Counted from the stretch's first letter, positions 28,842 to 37,832 are shown. The stretch is 64,000 nt of DNA from Rhodothermales bacterium (GCA_965116435.1 OZ220686.1:325005-389004); one strand, 5' to 3'. Numbers and translations are program-made. The notes: generated by a model not told the origin, from the letters alone.

Positions 28842-31185
28842 AGGTGCAGGAGCCTCTGATCCAGACCGCTTCGCTCCGTCCGGCGCGTTCGCGGGCGCAG
28901 GAGGCCGTACGCCCTCGGGCCGCACCCTGATCCTGCTGGGGCTGCTGGTCCTCGCCATGGGCGGCATGGCGTGGGGGGCTGCGGCGCCGGAAACCCGCGG
29001 GGCCTTCGTCGCGTCGGCGCTGGCCGCTGGCGCGCTCTGCGTCCTCGTCTGGAAACACGGGGATGTCTCCATGCCCGTCGTGATTGGCCTGGCCCTCGCG
29101 TTCCGGCTGGCCGTATGCTGGCTGCCCCCGACCCTCTCCGACGACGCCTACCGGTACGTATGGGACGGCCTCGTGCAGGCCGAAGGGCATAATCCGTATC
29201 TGCATGCGCCGGACAGCCCGGACCTCGAAGCCCTGCGAGACGAACCCCTGTACGAGGAACTCAATTCGCAGCGCCTGCACACGGTATACCCGCCCGTCTC
29301 CCAGCTCGTGTTCCGGATCGGGGCCGTGTTTTACGACCGGGGGTGGGTCGTTTCCTGGTTTGTGATCAAGGGGATTCTCGCGCTCCTTGAGTTCGGAGCC
29401 GTACTTGTGCTGGCGCGCATGCTTTCTCCCCGGCAATTGCTGCTCTACGCATGGAACCCGGCGGTGGCGCTGGTCGGAGCCGGGCAGGGACACAGCGAAG
29501 CAGCCATGGCGCTGTTTCTGGCGCTGGCGTTGTATGCGTTGCGAAAGGACCAGGGCGTCCGGGCGTCCGTCTGGCTGGCCTGTGCCGGCGGGGTCAAACT
29601 ATATCCGTTTTTGCTGCTTCCTTTTCTGTGGCGTCGCTTTGGCTGGAAGAGCGTAGCGGCGAGCCTCGGCATGGCGCTTCTGCCCGCGTTGCCGTTCTTG
29701 CATGTTGGAATAACGGATATCATGCAAAACATGGGATCATCGCTTCATCTCTATGTGCGCCTTTTTGAATTTAATGCTGGATTATACTATTGCTTGAAGT
29801 ATTTTTTGATGCTTTTGACGGGATTGGACGTGGGAAAACTGCTCGGGCCGATGCTTGCGGCGGCGTATCTGGGGGGGCTGGGGGCGCTCTATGCGGGCTA
29901 TGCGCGGCGCAGAAAACCCACCGGAACCGGTTGGAAAGCCTGGGCGGATTCGCACGCAAAAAAGCATGACACCCGAGGAGCGATACCTACGCTCCCTGCC
30001 GGAGCCGGCTGGAAGGCCTGGGCGGATTCGCACGGCATTTTGCGGGAAGATGGCCCCCTGCGGCCTCTGTTTGTTTGGGCGGCGGGCGGATTTCTTGTAT
30101 GCGCCACCACCGTGCATCCGTGGTATTTGCTGGGCGTGCTTGTGCTCGCTGCGCCTGCGGAACGCCCGGCATGGCATTGGTGGGGGCTGTCCCTGTGCTC
30201 GCTCGGGACCTATTGGCTCTATACGGGCGGCCCCTACTGGCTGTGGGTCTGGATGGGGTGGGGCGGATGGACCGCGCTGGCCGCCTGGCGCTATCGCGGT
30301 CCGCTCACGGACCTGTTGTTGCGGGCCCGCGCCGCCCGCAAAGCCGCCCGCGTGGCGCGTTTTCTGGCGGGGTCCCGGTCGGTGCTGGATGTGGGAGCCG
30401 CCGAAGGATATGTCGGCGCGAACGTGGAGAAACGTCTTGCGGCGAACGCGGCGAAACGCCTTGCGGCGGGCAGGTGGGGAGCGGTGCGTTTTCTGGCGGG
30501 GTCCCGTTCCGTGCTGGATGTGGGGGCCGCCGAGGGGTATGTCGGGGCTAATGTGGCGAAACGCCTTGGCGCGAACGCGGCGAAACGCCTTGGGGCGAGC
30601 AAGGAGGTAGCCGTGCGCCTGGTGGATATTCAGGATCGGAACCGGACTTCGCTGCCGCTGGACGTATACGACGGGCAGCGTTTGCCCTACGCTTCCGATG
30701 CGTTCGATGCGGCTCTCCTGATTTTCGTCCTGCACCACGCCGACCGCCCGGAGGCGCTGCTCCGCGAAACCTTACGGGTGGGCCAGCGCGTAGCGATCCT
30801 CGAATCGACGTATGTATGGGGATGGGAACGGGCCTTGCTCGGACTGCTGGATCGGCTGGCGAATCGCCTGCGGGCGGAGGGTTCTGGGACCGGGTTGGAG
30901 GGTTCTATGTCTGGGTCAAAAGGGCCTGCGCCCAAGTCGGAAGGGTCTACGCCCAAGTTGGAGAGGTCTGCGCCCAGGTTGCGGGGGGGGGGGGTGTCCA
31001 GACTGGAGGGGCCGCTGGGCTTTCGGACCCATGAGGCCTGGCTGGATTGTTTTCGCGAGATGGGACTCCGGGTGGTGCACTCAGCACAGTCTCGCCGGTG
31101 CGTGGACCGGCAATCGCTGTTTGTGGTGGAGTGGGGAGATGGGGTAGCGGGGGGTGTTTCCCCGAGCAAGGATGCCCCTCGCTAA
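28831..31185 (+). CDS. Polytopic GT-C-like membrane glycosyltransferase (DUF2029/GT87-like) fused to a class I SAM methyltransferase domain
   Basis: 784 aa. It has multiple TM helices and an early loop motif LSDDAYRYVWDGLVQAEGHNPY. The C-terminal part has VLDVGAAEGYVG (motif I, present twice) and FDAALLIFVLHHADRPEALL. It also contains several internal tandem duplications and a G12 tract. Confidence 0.6.
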   Translation: MSGKGAGASDPDRFAPSGAFAGAGGRTPSGRTLILLGLLVLAMGGMAWGAAAPETRGAFVASALAAGALCVLVWKHGDVSMPVVIGLALAFRLAVCWLPPTLSDDAYRYVWDGLVQAEGHNPYLHAPDSPDLEALRDEPLYEELNSQRLHTVYPPVSQLVFRIGAVFYDRGWVVSWFVIKGILALLEFGAVLVLARMLSPRQLLLYAWNPAVALVGAGQGHSEAAMALFLALALYALRKDQGVRASVWLACAGGVKLYPFLLLPFLWRRFGWKSVAASLGMALLPALPFLHVGITDIMQNMGSSLHLYVRLFEFNAGLYYCLKYFLMLLTGLDVGKLLGPMLAAAYLGGLGALYAGYARRRKPTGTGWKAWADSHAKKHDTRGAIPTLPAGAGWKAWADSHGILREDGPLRPLFVWAAGGFLVCATTVHPWYLLGVLVLAAPAERPAWHWWGLSLCSLGTYWLYTGGPYWLWVWMGWGGWTALAAWRYRGPLTDLLLRARAARKAARVARFLAGSRSVLDVGAAEGYVGANVEKRLAANAAKRLAAGRWGAVRFLAGSRSVLDVGAAEGYVGANVAKRLGANAAKRLGASKEVAVRLVDIQDRNRTSLPLDVYDGQRLPYASDAFDAALLIFVLHHADRPEALLRETLRVGQRVAILESTYVWGWERALLGLLDRLANRLRAEGSGTGLEGSMSGSKGPAPKSEGSTPKLERSAPRLRGGGVSRLEGPLGFRTHEAWLDCFREMGLRVVHSAQSRRCVDRQSLFVVEWGDGVAGGVSPSKDAPR
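30357..30614 (+). repeat. In-frame 129-bp tandem duplication (43 aa) duplicating the SAM-binding motif I region, with nested 21-bp sub-repeats
   Basis: RFLAGSRSVLDVGAAEGYVGANV.KRL.ANAAKRL.A occurs twice, with units starting at 30357 and 30486. Confidence 0.9.
30983..30994 (+). repeat. Homopolymeric G12 tract inside the glycosyltransferase-methyltransferase CDS
   Basis: Counted directly. It encodes RGGGV. Three 21-bp repeats (30918-30980) lie just upstream. Confidence 0.95.
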
Positions 31186-31378
31186 GGTGCGGCCTGTCCC
31201 GGACAACCTGTCCGCTATGTCCCTGCGGCGCACGGGTGCGGGTGGCAGAAGACGCGGGGACGGCAGGGCACGATGCAGGTGTCGGTGACGCGGGTGCGCG
31301 TATTTCCGGCCCGACATTGCGGTACCCTGCGCGTCTCAGGGACTCTCCGGGCTGTTGTCGCAGGAGTGCACGGTTTTT

Positions 31379-31768
31379 ACTGTGATCAGAGGTGGGCCAA
31401 AAAAGCGAAAGCCCCGGTCCATCCCTTAACTCGAAGAGCGGGGGAGGACCGGGGCGATCGCTTGGGTGGGGGGCAAGTGGTGTCGAAGGAGGCAGATGAA
31501 GGAATACGCGAGCGGTTTTTCCTGTGATCAGGGGCGGCAAAGGGGCGAACGTCCCCGGTCCATCCCCTTAACTCGAAGAACGGGGGAGGACCGGGGCGAT
31601 CGCTTGGGTGGGGGGCAAGTGGTTTCGAAGGAGACAGATGAATGAATACGCGGGCGGTTTTTCCTGTGATCAGGGGCGGCAAAGGGGCGAGCGTCCCCGG
31701 TCCATCCCTTTAACTCGAAGAGCGGGGGAGGACCGGGGCGATCGCTTGGGTGGGGGGCAAGTGGTGCG
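31379..31768. repeat. Tandem array of 2.7 copies of a 142-bp unit, each carrying a long imperfect hairpin
   Basis: Units start at 31379, 31521 and 31663. Each contains CCCCGGTCC-A-TCCC..loop..GGGG-GA-GGACCGGGG (e.g. 31413-31455). The array sits between the convergent ends of the GT-MT gene and the TetR gene. Confidence 0.9.
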
Positions 31769-31773
31769 GAAGA

Positions 31774-32589
31774 TTAATCTCGCATTCGTAGTTTCGATTC
31801 GGAAAACAGTGGGTCCCCGAAGAGGGAAAGCGTTGCGGCGGCGGACGATTCTTCGTCGGTTTCTCCGGTTTTCCCAGAGCGTCCCGCCTGGTCTGCGCCG
31901 CCCGCTCGTTCAGGTCGTTCGGCGCGGTACGCGCGCGTCCACGAGCGAGGGGGATAGGCGGCGACCAGCGTTTCCGCATAGAGGGCGCCGCTTGTCAGTA
32001 GCGCCACGGCCTGGTTGAGCGCCGCAACCCGATGCTCGACCGGAACCTGTTCGAGCGACGTTCCACGCAGGCGAGCGCACGCCCAGGCCCCTTCCATCAG
32101 CACATACAGGCGGTGGACGGTTCCGGCAATGTCCCGAAAACCGGCGTCGGCGCTCCATTTTTGCAATTCGGCGCGGATGGCCTCCTTGTGGCGGCGAGCA
32201 AGCCGGTTTGCCGCATGCTCCGCGTCGGGGTATTCGCTCAAGGCCATCTGGAACGGGCACCCCCGGCAGCGGGGCGAGGCCGTGCGTTCGGCCAGGACGA
32301 AGAAAAACGCCTTGATCTTTTCCAGAGGAGTCCGGGCGCTTTCGGTGCTTTTGCGAAGCCAGTGCAGGACCTGGGCGGCTTCTATGCCGAGGTACTCCAG
32401 TACAAGTTCGTCCTTGGACTTGAAATACCGGTATAGCGTGCGCTTCGCTACGCCGGCCTCGCGGGAAATAGCGTCCACAGACACCGCCTGATACCCCTTG
32501 GCTCCGAACAACGCATCGGCGGCGCTCAGAATATCCGTACGCAATTGTTCTCCTTGCACCTCGGGCTGGGCCCGACCGGTTGCATTCAT
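31774..32589 (-). CDS. TetR/AcrR family transcriptional regulator
   Basis: The HTH region is LRTDILSAADALFGAKGYQAVSVDAISREAGVAKRTLYRYFKSKDELV. The start was set at ATG 32589 (MNATGRAQ). The ORF stays open upstream through a repeat region, so a longer form starting at ATG 33021 cannot be excluded. Confidence 0.75.
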   Translation of the reverse strand: MNATGRAQPEVQGEQLRTDILSAADALFGAKGYQAVSVDAISREAGVAKRTLYRYFKSKDELVLEYLGIEAAQVLHWLRKSTESARTPLEKIKAFFFVLAERTASPRCRGCPFQMALSEYPDAEHAANRLARRHKEAIRAELQKWSADAGFRDIAGTVHRLYVLMEGAWACARLRGTSLEQVPVEHRVAALNQAVALLTSGALYAETLVAAYPPRSWTRAYRAERPERAGGADQAGRSGKTGETDEESSAAATLSLFGDPLFSESKLRMRD

Positions 32590-32599
32590 GTCGTGCGGT

Positions 32600-32960
32600 G
32601 TTTGCGGGGGTGTTTCGCGAGATTTTGCCGGGGATGTTTCTTGGAACGTTTCCTGGGGCGTTTCCCGAGGTGTTTTGCGGGATGTTGCCGAGGATGTTTC
32701 CCGGGGCGTTTCCCGAGAGGAGGCTTCCTGAGGCGTTTCGCCGCGTGTTTCCCGGGACGTTTCTCCGTGCGTTTCCCGGGGTATTTCCTGAGGCATTTCT
32801 TGGGGTGTTGCCCGAGGTGTTTCGCGGGATGTTGCCGAAGATGCTTTGCCGAGCGCTTCGCGGGGAGTTGCTCGAGAGGAGGCTTCCTGAGGCGTTTCTC
32901 GAGGCATTTCGCCGCGTGTTTCCTGAGGCGTTTCTCCGTGCGTTTCCCGGGGCGCGGCGG
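32600..32960. repeat. About 360 bp of degenerate 12-bp periodic repeat (GTTTCCCGAGGC-like; reads ETPR/ETPQ/ETSR on the minus strand)
   Basis: The periodicity was read directly. All six frames are largely open. The region is contiguous with, and in frame with, the TetR ORF. Confidence 0.8.
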
Positions 32961-33199
32961 TGCGCTTCGGCGGCGCCGGGTGATACGCGCGATGCGCCGT
33001 GATATTTTGGGTGATCGGCATGTTTTCGTGCCTGCGCTGCTTTTTCCGTCCGTGTCGTTCCGTAGGCGTAGCCCTTTCCGTAAAACGTGTCTGTCGTTCC
33101 CTAAGGCATATCCATCTTTCTGTAAGGCGCATCCCGTACTCTTCGGTTGCCGGCTGCCGGATTCCTGATTTCCCAGGTTTTCCAGGCGGATACCAACGG

Positions 33200-33350
33200 G
33201 TAGACCGCACGGTATACACGGGCATCATAAGAAGTAGACCCGACGGTATACCCGCTTGTTCCCACAGTATACTGCTCGGTCTACTTTTGTTCCGGTAAGT
33301 ATACCGATCGGTATACAGCAAACGATTGGTCGGTATACTGACCGGTATAC
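33200..33350. promoter_or_regulatory. Cluster of GTATAC-centred palindromes (putative TetR operator array)
   Basis: There are seven GTATAC hexamers in 150 bp of a GC-rich genome. They include a perfect 18-bp palindrome GTATACCGATCGGTATAC (33299-33316), a near-palindrome GGTATACTGACCGGTATACC (33332-33351), and three copies of GTAGACC-N5-GTATAC, one of them inverted. Confidence 0.4.
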
Positions 33351-33635
33351 CGATTGTGTTTACAGGAGGGCGAGGGGGGTGGGACGTACTAAGGAGACGG
33401 CACAGGGGCTGGGCCGTCCAGTCGATGCGAGGAAAGCCCGGAACGTGCGTCCGGGATGCAAGGAGGGAGGCAGCGGAGAGGGCGGGGCCGCCGGTGGAGA
33501 GGGCGCCGCGCAAGCCGGATTTCAGGGCGATTCTCGCGGCGTACAGCGTGCTACTATGCGGTTTTCCGGCGTTTGTCGTGCGAGAGCGCGGCGAGATACG
33601 CGCAAAAAGAAGCCGAAACGAGGCCGCTTTCGAGA

Positions 33636-34676
33636 TTAATCGTGCGTGGCGCAGGCGGTATTGCTCGACCAGGCGCGATATTCGTTATCGATCTTGAAAA
33701 TGTACGCCCCGGAGTAGCACTGGAACGCAACAAAAGAAATTATGCATGCGACAAAGTCCTGCTGGTCCTCGCTTCCCTGCAAGGCGTCGGCGCGAACCAT
33801 GCAACCCGGGGGGAAATCCAGCAGATAAGAATCAAGTTCAATATCCGTAGGCCACAGGTCCTGCATATCCGCGAAGTATCCGAATTGTGCGTGCTCGTTT
33901 ATATCTCCGCGGGCATTGAATGCGTCTACGTTCGCGAATGCAGGAACGCTGGTCACAGAGAGCAGAGGAAGCTTCTCCCAGCCAACTGCAATGACGCCCT
34001 CTGGCGTTAAATGCTCATCCAGAATATCGAACAGATCGGAAACTTCCATGGGCTGCGCCTCATCCCACTCTTCTGCCGCAAATCTCAGGGATCTCGTTGC
34101 CTGATCCCATGCGTCCGCCGCCTTGAGCCATGTCTTGTAGGCAACGCCTTGCGCATCTGCCACACGTTCCCACTCGTAGCCGATCGACCACCGTTCGTAT
34201 CCCCAGTCTCCCAACTCTTTTTTGAGGGAGTCCGACAGCGCTCTCGCCACGCTTTCCTCTGCCTGTGCGTCCAAAGCCATTTGTTGGGCGAATGCGGCGT
34301 TTGTCCGCGCCCTGGAAACACTTTCCAGTAATTCCAAAGCCCTTTTTCGGGAGAAAGACGTATCCGAAAAGTCCCTGTGCGCCAAGGTTCTTTCCTGCTG
34401 CACCGCAATCACATCTTCGGTCCGCGAAATCATTTTTAGCCAATCCGCAATATTATCCTCAACATGTTGTCCTGTCTCTGTTTCTGATCTCTTGACATTG
34501 GCGCGGACGGTTGCTGCCCATCCTTCCGCCTCTCTGGCCCATGCCTCCGCCTCCGAGCTCGCCGCATCATTCTCTATTTCATGCAGATATGCCCCAAACA
34601 CAACCTGCGCTGTCGCAGACGTGGGCGCGACCATGAGCATCATGCAGGCGATAGCTATCGGGAAACAGGTTTTCAT
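33636..34676 (-). CDS. Hypothetical secreted protein (346 aa)
   Basis: The ORF was trimmed to ATG 34676. It has signal peptide MKTCFPIAIACMMLMVAPTSATAQ, an acidic Trp-rich helical N-terminal half, and a Cys-containing C-terminal domain. No family was recognised. Confidence 0.55.
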   Translation of the reverse strand: MKTCFPIAIACMMLMVAPTSATAQVVFGAYLHEIENDAASSEAEAWAREAEGWAATVRANVKRSETETGQHVEDNIADWLKMISRTEDVIAVQQERTLAHRDFSDTSFSRKRALELLESVSRARTNAAFAQQMALDAQAEESVARALSDSLKKELGDWGYERWSIGYEWERVADAQGVAYKTWLKAADAWDQATRSLRFAAEEWDEAQPMEVSDLFDILDEHLTPEGVIAVGWEKLPLLSVTSVPAFANVDAFNARGDINEHAQFGYFADMQDLWPTDIELDSYLLDFPPGCMVRADALQGSEDQQDFVACIISFVAFQCYSGAYIFKIDNEYRAWSSNTACATHD

Positions 34677-34923
34677 GACGTAAAGATATGGCGCCCTTTG
34701 GCGCGGGGCAAGTTGTTTCTTGCAGATTTTTCTGGAGCGCGGCAGGCCTCGGATAACGCGAAAGGACGCAGCCTGTCCGCCCTTTGATCCTCTCGAGGAG
34801 CGCGTTACGGCTCCCATGACCCGAAGCGGCCGTGGTTTCCGCTGATTTCACCCATGGAAGCATAATGTCCGCCCGTACGAAGGCGTTGCGACGCGCTCGG
34901 CGACATGGCTTTAATCCGCCTCC

Positions 34924-35835
34924 CTAAAGCCCCAGGCTCTCCCGCACCTCGGCGAGCAGGGTGGAGGCGTCCTGGGCGGCGTCCACGTACAGGGCTTCGG
35001 AATGTCCCCGAAACCATGTTTCCTGGCGCTTGGCGTACCTGCGCGTGTTCTGCTTGATCAGGCGCGTCATTTCGGATTCGTCGATCTCGCCCTTGAGGAA
35101 CGAGATGGGTTCCCGGTAGCCGATGGTGCGCAACGGGTTGAGGGCCGGATCGTACCCCGCCTCGAGAAGGCCGCGCACTTCGTCCACTAGGCCGTCGGCC
35201 AGCATGGCGTCTGCACGGCGTTCGATGCGGTCGTAGAGTTCGGCCCGGTCGCGGCGCAAAATGACCGTCTGGAAGACATACGGACTCCGCCGCCGCGCCT
35301 GGTGAAAACGGCTGAGGGGTATGCCGGTCGCTTCGTACACCTCAAGGGCGCGGGCAAGGCGCTGCGTTTTGGTGGCGTCCATCGTGGCGGCAGCCCGGGG
35401 ATCGACCTTTTGCAGTGTGGCGTACAGCGCCTCCGGGCCGTCCTGCTCCAGGCGCCGCTGGACATCCGCCCGAACCGTAGCGGGAATGTCGGGAATGTCG
35501 GCCAGGCCATGTTCGAGGGCGTGCAGATACAGGGTGGAGCCGCCGGCGACGAGTGGAATGCGCCCGCGACGCAGAATATCTCCAATGCGATCCCGCGCCT
35601 CGTCCATGAATCGGCCTGCTGAAAAAGGCTCGCCAAGCGACCGTTCGTTCACGAAATGATGGGGGAGGCGTTCGAGAATGTTCGGGGCGGGCTTCGCTAC
35701 GCCAATGTGCAGTTCCCGATAGATCTGGCGACTATCCGTCGAGATGATTTCTATTTCAAGTATTTCTGAAATAGAAATGACTAGCTCCGTCTTGCCCACG
35801 GCAGTAGGACCTGTAATAACAGGTATTATTTTCAT
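34924..35835 (-). CDS. miaA: tRNA dimethylallyltransferase
   Basis: P-loop ITGPTAVGKT, with SRQIYRELHIGVAKP and the conserved tail TRRYAKRQETWFR. The start was set at MKIIPVI (35835). Confidence 0.9.
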   Translation of the reverse strand: MKIIPVITGPTAVGKTELVISISEILEIEIISTDSRQIYRELHIGVAKPAPNILERLPHHFVNERSLGEPFSAGRFMDEARDRIGDILRRGRIPLVAGGSTLYLHALEHGLADIPDIPATVRADVQRRLEQDGPEALYATLQKVDPRAAATMDATKTQRLARALEVYEATGIPLSRFHQARRRSPYVFQTVILRRDRAELYDRIERRADAMLADGLVDEVRGLLEAGYDPALNPLRTIGYREPISFLKGEIDESEMTRLIKQNTRRYAKRQETWFRGHSEALYVDAAQDASTLLAEVRESLGL

Positions 35836-36125
35836 TCCGTTATTGCTTGATTCGGGGTATTTGCGGGGAGTGCCAAGCACCTACCGGGCCTTGCGGCGGC
35901 AACGTTCAGGAGCGCGATACGGGGAGCAGCAGGGCGTCTGGTATGTATGTGGCCTATGGCGGCGGTTTCCAAAAACGAGGCAGGGGTTGCGTGGAGCCGG
36001 ACACGAGGCCGCGGGGTCTGCGGGATCGGGTTAGATTTTCGGGCAAACGGTTTTCAGTGCCTGTTGTTAAGGAAACACGGGGGTGGACGCAACGCGCAGG
36101 GGCGACGATTGCCGGACCGGAGCGG

Positions 36126-37118
36126 TCAAGGCGTTGTCTCGTCTATATGGATGTAGTCCGCCGCGCTGTCGCGCAGGCGGTCCCGTTGATGCACGTACAC
36201 CATGGTCGTTTCGATTTTCTTGTGTCGGGCGTGCGACTGCACCTGCTGAATGGAGGCCCCGGATTCGATGGCGAGAGTGCAGCCTGTGTGGCGGAGCGAA
36301 TGCGCCCCGATTTCCTTTGGAAGTCCGGCTCGCCGCGCCGTGCGATCCACAACGCCGTAGATGGAACGCTCCGAAAGGCGTTTCCCGAAACTGTTGTTGC
36401 TTAAAGAGCGCCAAAGGGGGCCGTCCGTAATGCCGTAATACGTTTTCATTCGGTCGATTTCTTCCACGACATGCGGGGGAATTTTCACGTACTGATCGGC
36501 GCCGCCCTTTGTGTCGGGCAAATCGAGCACCTGATAGTCGCCGAGCATGCGAATATCCTCGACGTTCATGGCGGCGGCCTCGGAACGGCGCAATACGCAG
36601 TGGAGCAGGGTGAGCAACAGGGCCCGGTCCCTTGGCGCCGAATGGGCTTGCTTGCCGTCCGGGCCAGGATTCGTCGCCGCCTGCACAAGCCGTCCGGCTT
36701 GCTCGGCGGTCAACACGATGCGGGCGCCGTCGCGGCCGCCCGATTTGCGGACCCGCCGCAAAACATGCCGGCTGGCCGGGTTGCGGGTCAATACGCCGAG
36801 AGCCACCAGCCATTCGAAAAATCCCCGAATGGCTGCGAGGCGGCGTTTGATGGTGGCGGGCTTGTAGCCGTTTTTTTCCATCTCCGCAATGTGCCGGTTA
36901 ATGTCGGTAAACGACAGTTCACGCACCGTCACCGTGTCCGCAAAATCGGATCCGAAGAAAGCCGCCAGATCGTCTCCGTAGGCTTTACGGGTTTGGGGGC
37001 GGTCGTACCGATCCAGAAACGCTTCGACAAGGTTGGCGTCCGGGCGGATAATGCCCGTAGCGACATCCATCAAGGCGATCAAGTCGGCGGAAGAGACGTT
37101 CTGGGACATGGGAGGCAT
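36126..37118 (-). CDS. Tyrosine recombinase, XerC/XerD-like (phage integrase family)
   Basis: 330 aa. It has an N-terminal SAM-like domain (TRKAYGDDLAAFF), and the catalytic region has RRSEAAAMNVEDI ... HSLRHTGCTLAIESGASIQQVQSHARHKKIETTMVYVH (R..H-R-H..Y). Confidence 0.85.
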   Translation of the reverse strand: MPPMSQNVSSADLIALMDVATGIIRPDANLVEAFLDRYDRPQTRKAYGDDLAAFFGSDFADTVTVRELSFTDINRHIAEMEKNGYKPATIKRRLAAIRGFFEWLVALGVLTRNPASRHVLRRVRKSGGRDGARIVLTAEQAGRLVQAATNPGPDGKQAHSAPRDRALLLTLLHCVLRRSEAAAMNVEDIRMLGDYQVLDLPDTKGGADQYVKIPPHVVEEIDRMKTYYGITDGPLWRSLSNNSFGKRLSERSIYGVVDRTARRAGLPKEIGAHSLRHTGCTLAIESGASIQQVQSHARHKKIETTMVYVHQRDRLRDSAADYIHIDETTP

Positions 37119-37147
37119 TGGATTGGGAGTGTTATTTTACTTCCGAT

Positions 37148-37177
37148 AAGAACTGTTATCGGAAGTAGAGACAGTAT
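37148..37177. promoter_or_regulatory. Perfect 12-6-12 inverted repeat TACTTCCGATAA-GAACTG-TTATCGGAAGTA (candidate recombinase core site or operator)
   Basis: Read directly. It lies 30-59 bp upstream of the recombinase start codon. The geometry, and the inner ATAA-N6-TTAT, are the same as dif-type Xer core sites. Confidence 0.45.
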
Positions 37178-37371
37178 ACGGCGTATAAAACGGGTTGTCA
37201 AGGGGTTTGGTGGTTTTTTTCGAGGGATTTCGTAGCGGGTTGACTTTGCCCGGGCGTTTTCTATATTATATCCGCATTCTCATTTTCGTAACATTTGGCG
37301 CCTTGCGCGGGCGTCCCATAGCGCGGGCGCGGGCCAAGCCTGCAACGCCCCTACTCAGACTCGATAACGAT

Positions 37372-37788
37372 ATGAAAGAACGGTTTATGCTCAAGGCGCT
37401 GGGCTTGCTCCTGGTCGTATTCAGCGCGGAGGCTGTTGTGCAATGGCTCGTCGGATTGTTCGAAGGACGCCTTGTTTTCGAGGCGGACCTGCTCGTGTTG
37501 CTGATCGGCGTTGGGTTGTTTTATGCGCATCCCTTATGGGGCTTGGCGGCAAGAGCGTATGTGGTTTTGTGCGGTCTTGCGCTCATTGCTGTCACCGCGT
37601 TAGCGTTTGCAGGATTCCCGAATGTTGGCAACTGGCTGGAGTTCATGGAACGCGATACCCTCGACTCCATCCCCCCTCCGTTTATCGCGCTGTACGCCGC
37701 TACGTTGCTGGCGCTCCTCGCATGGAGTTACATATTCCTGCATAAAGCGGCCCGCGCGGACAAGGATGTGCGGGAAGTTTCGGAGTGA
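37372..37788 (+). CDS. Hypothetical membrane protein (138 aa, about 4 TM)
   Basis: The ORF was trimmed to ATG 37372 (MKERFMLKALGLLLVVF). It has four hydrophobic helices and no recognised motif. Confidence 0.45.
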   Translation: MKERFMLKALGLLLVVFSAEAVVQWLVGLFEGRLVFEADLLVLLIGVGLFYAHPLWGLAARAYVVLCGLALIAVTALAFAGFPNVGNWLEFMERDTLDSIPPPFIALYAATLLALLAWSYIFLHKAARADKDVREVSE

Positions 37789-37832
37789 GGCGGATCTCTT
37801 TGGATAACATATAATTCCCACATAATAAATAT

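Noticed and set aside
31774-33513. The full 579-aa ORF containing the TetR domain.
   Set aside because: The upstream 300 or so codons cross the GTATAC palindrome cluster and the 12-bp repeat and have no protein-like features. I annotated only the TetR core from ATG 32589, and I flag ATG 33021 as an unresolved alternative.
35881-37371. An expected tRNA/tmRNA integration target, or att direct repeats, next to the tyrosine recombinase.
   Set aside because: I saw no cloverleaf-like sequence or T-loop consensus (GGTTCGAATCC-like) in the flanks. I could not find a repeat of the flanking sequence near 45055. The island boundaries therefore remain inferred from composition and gene content only.
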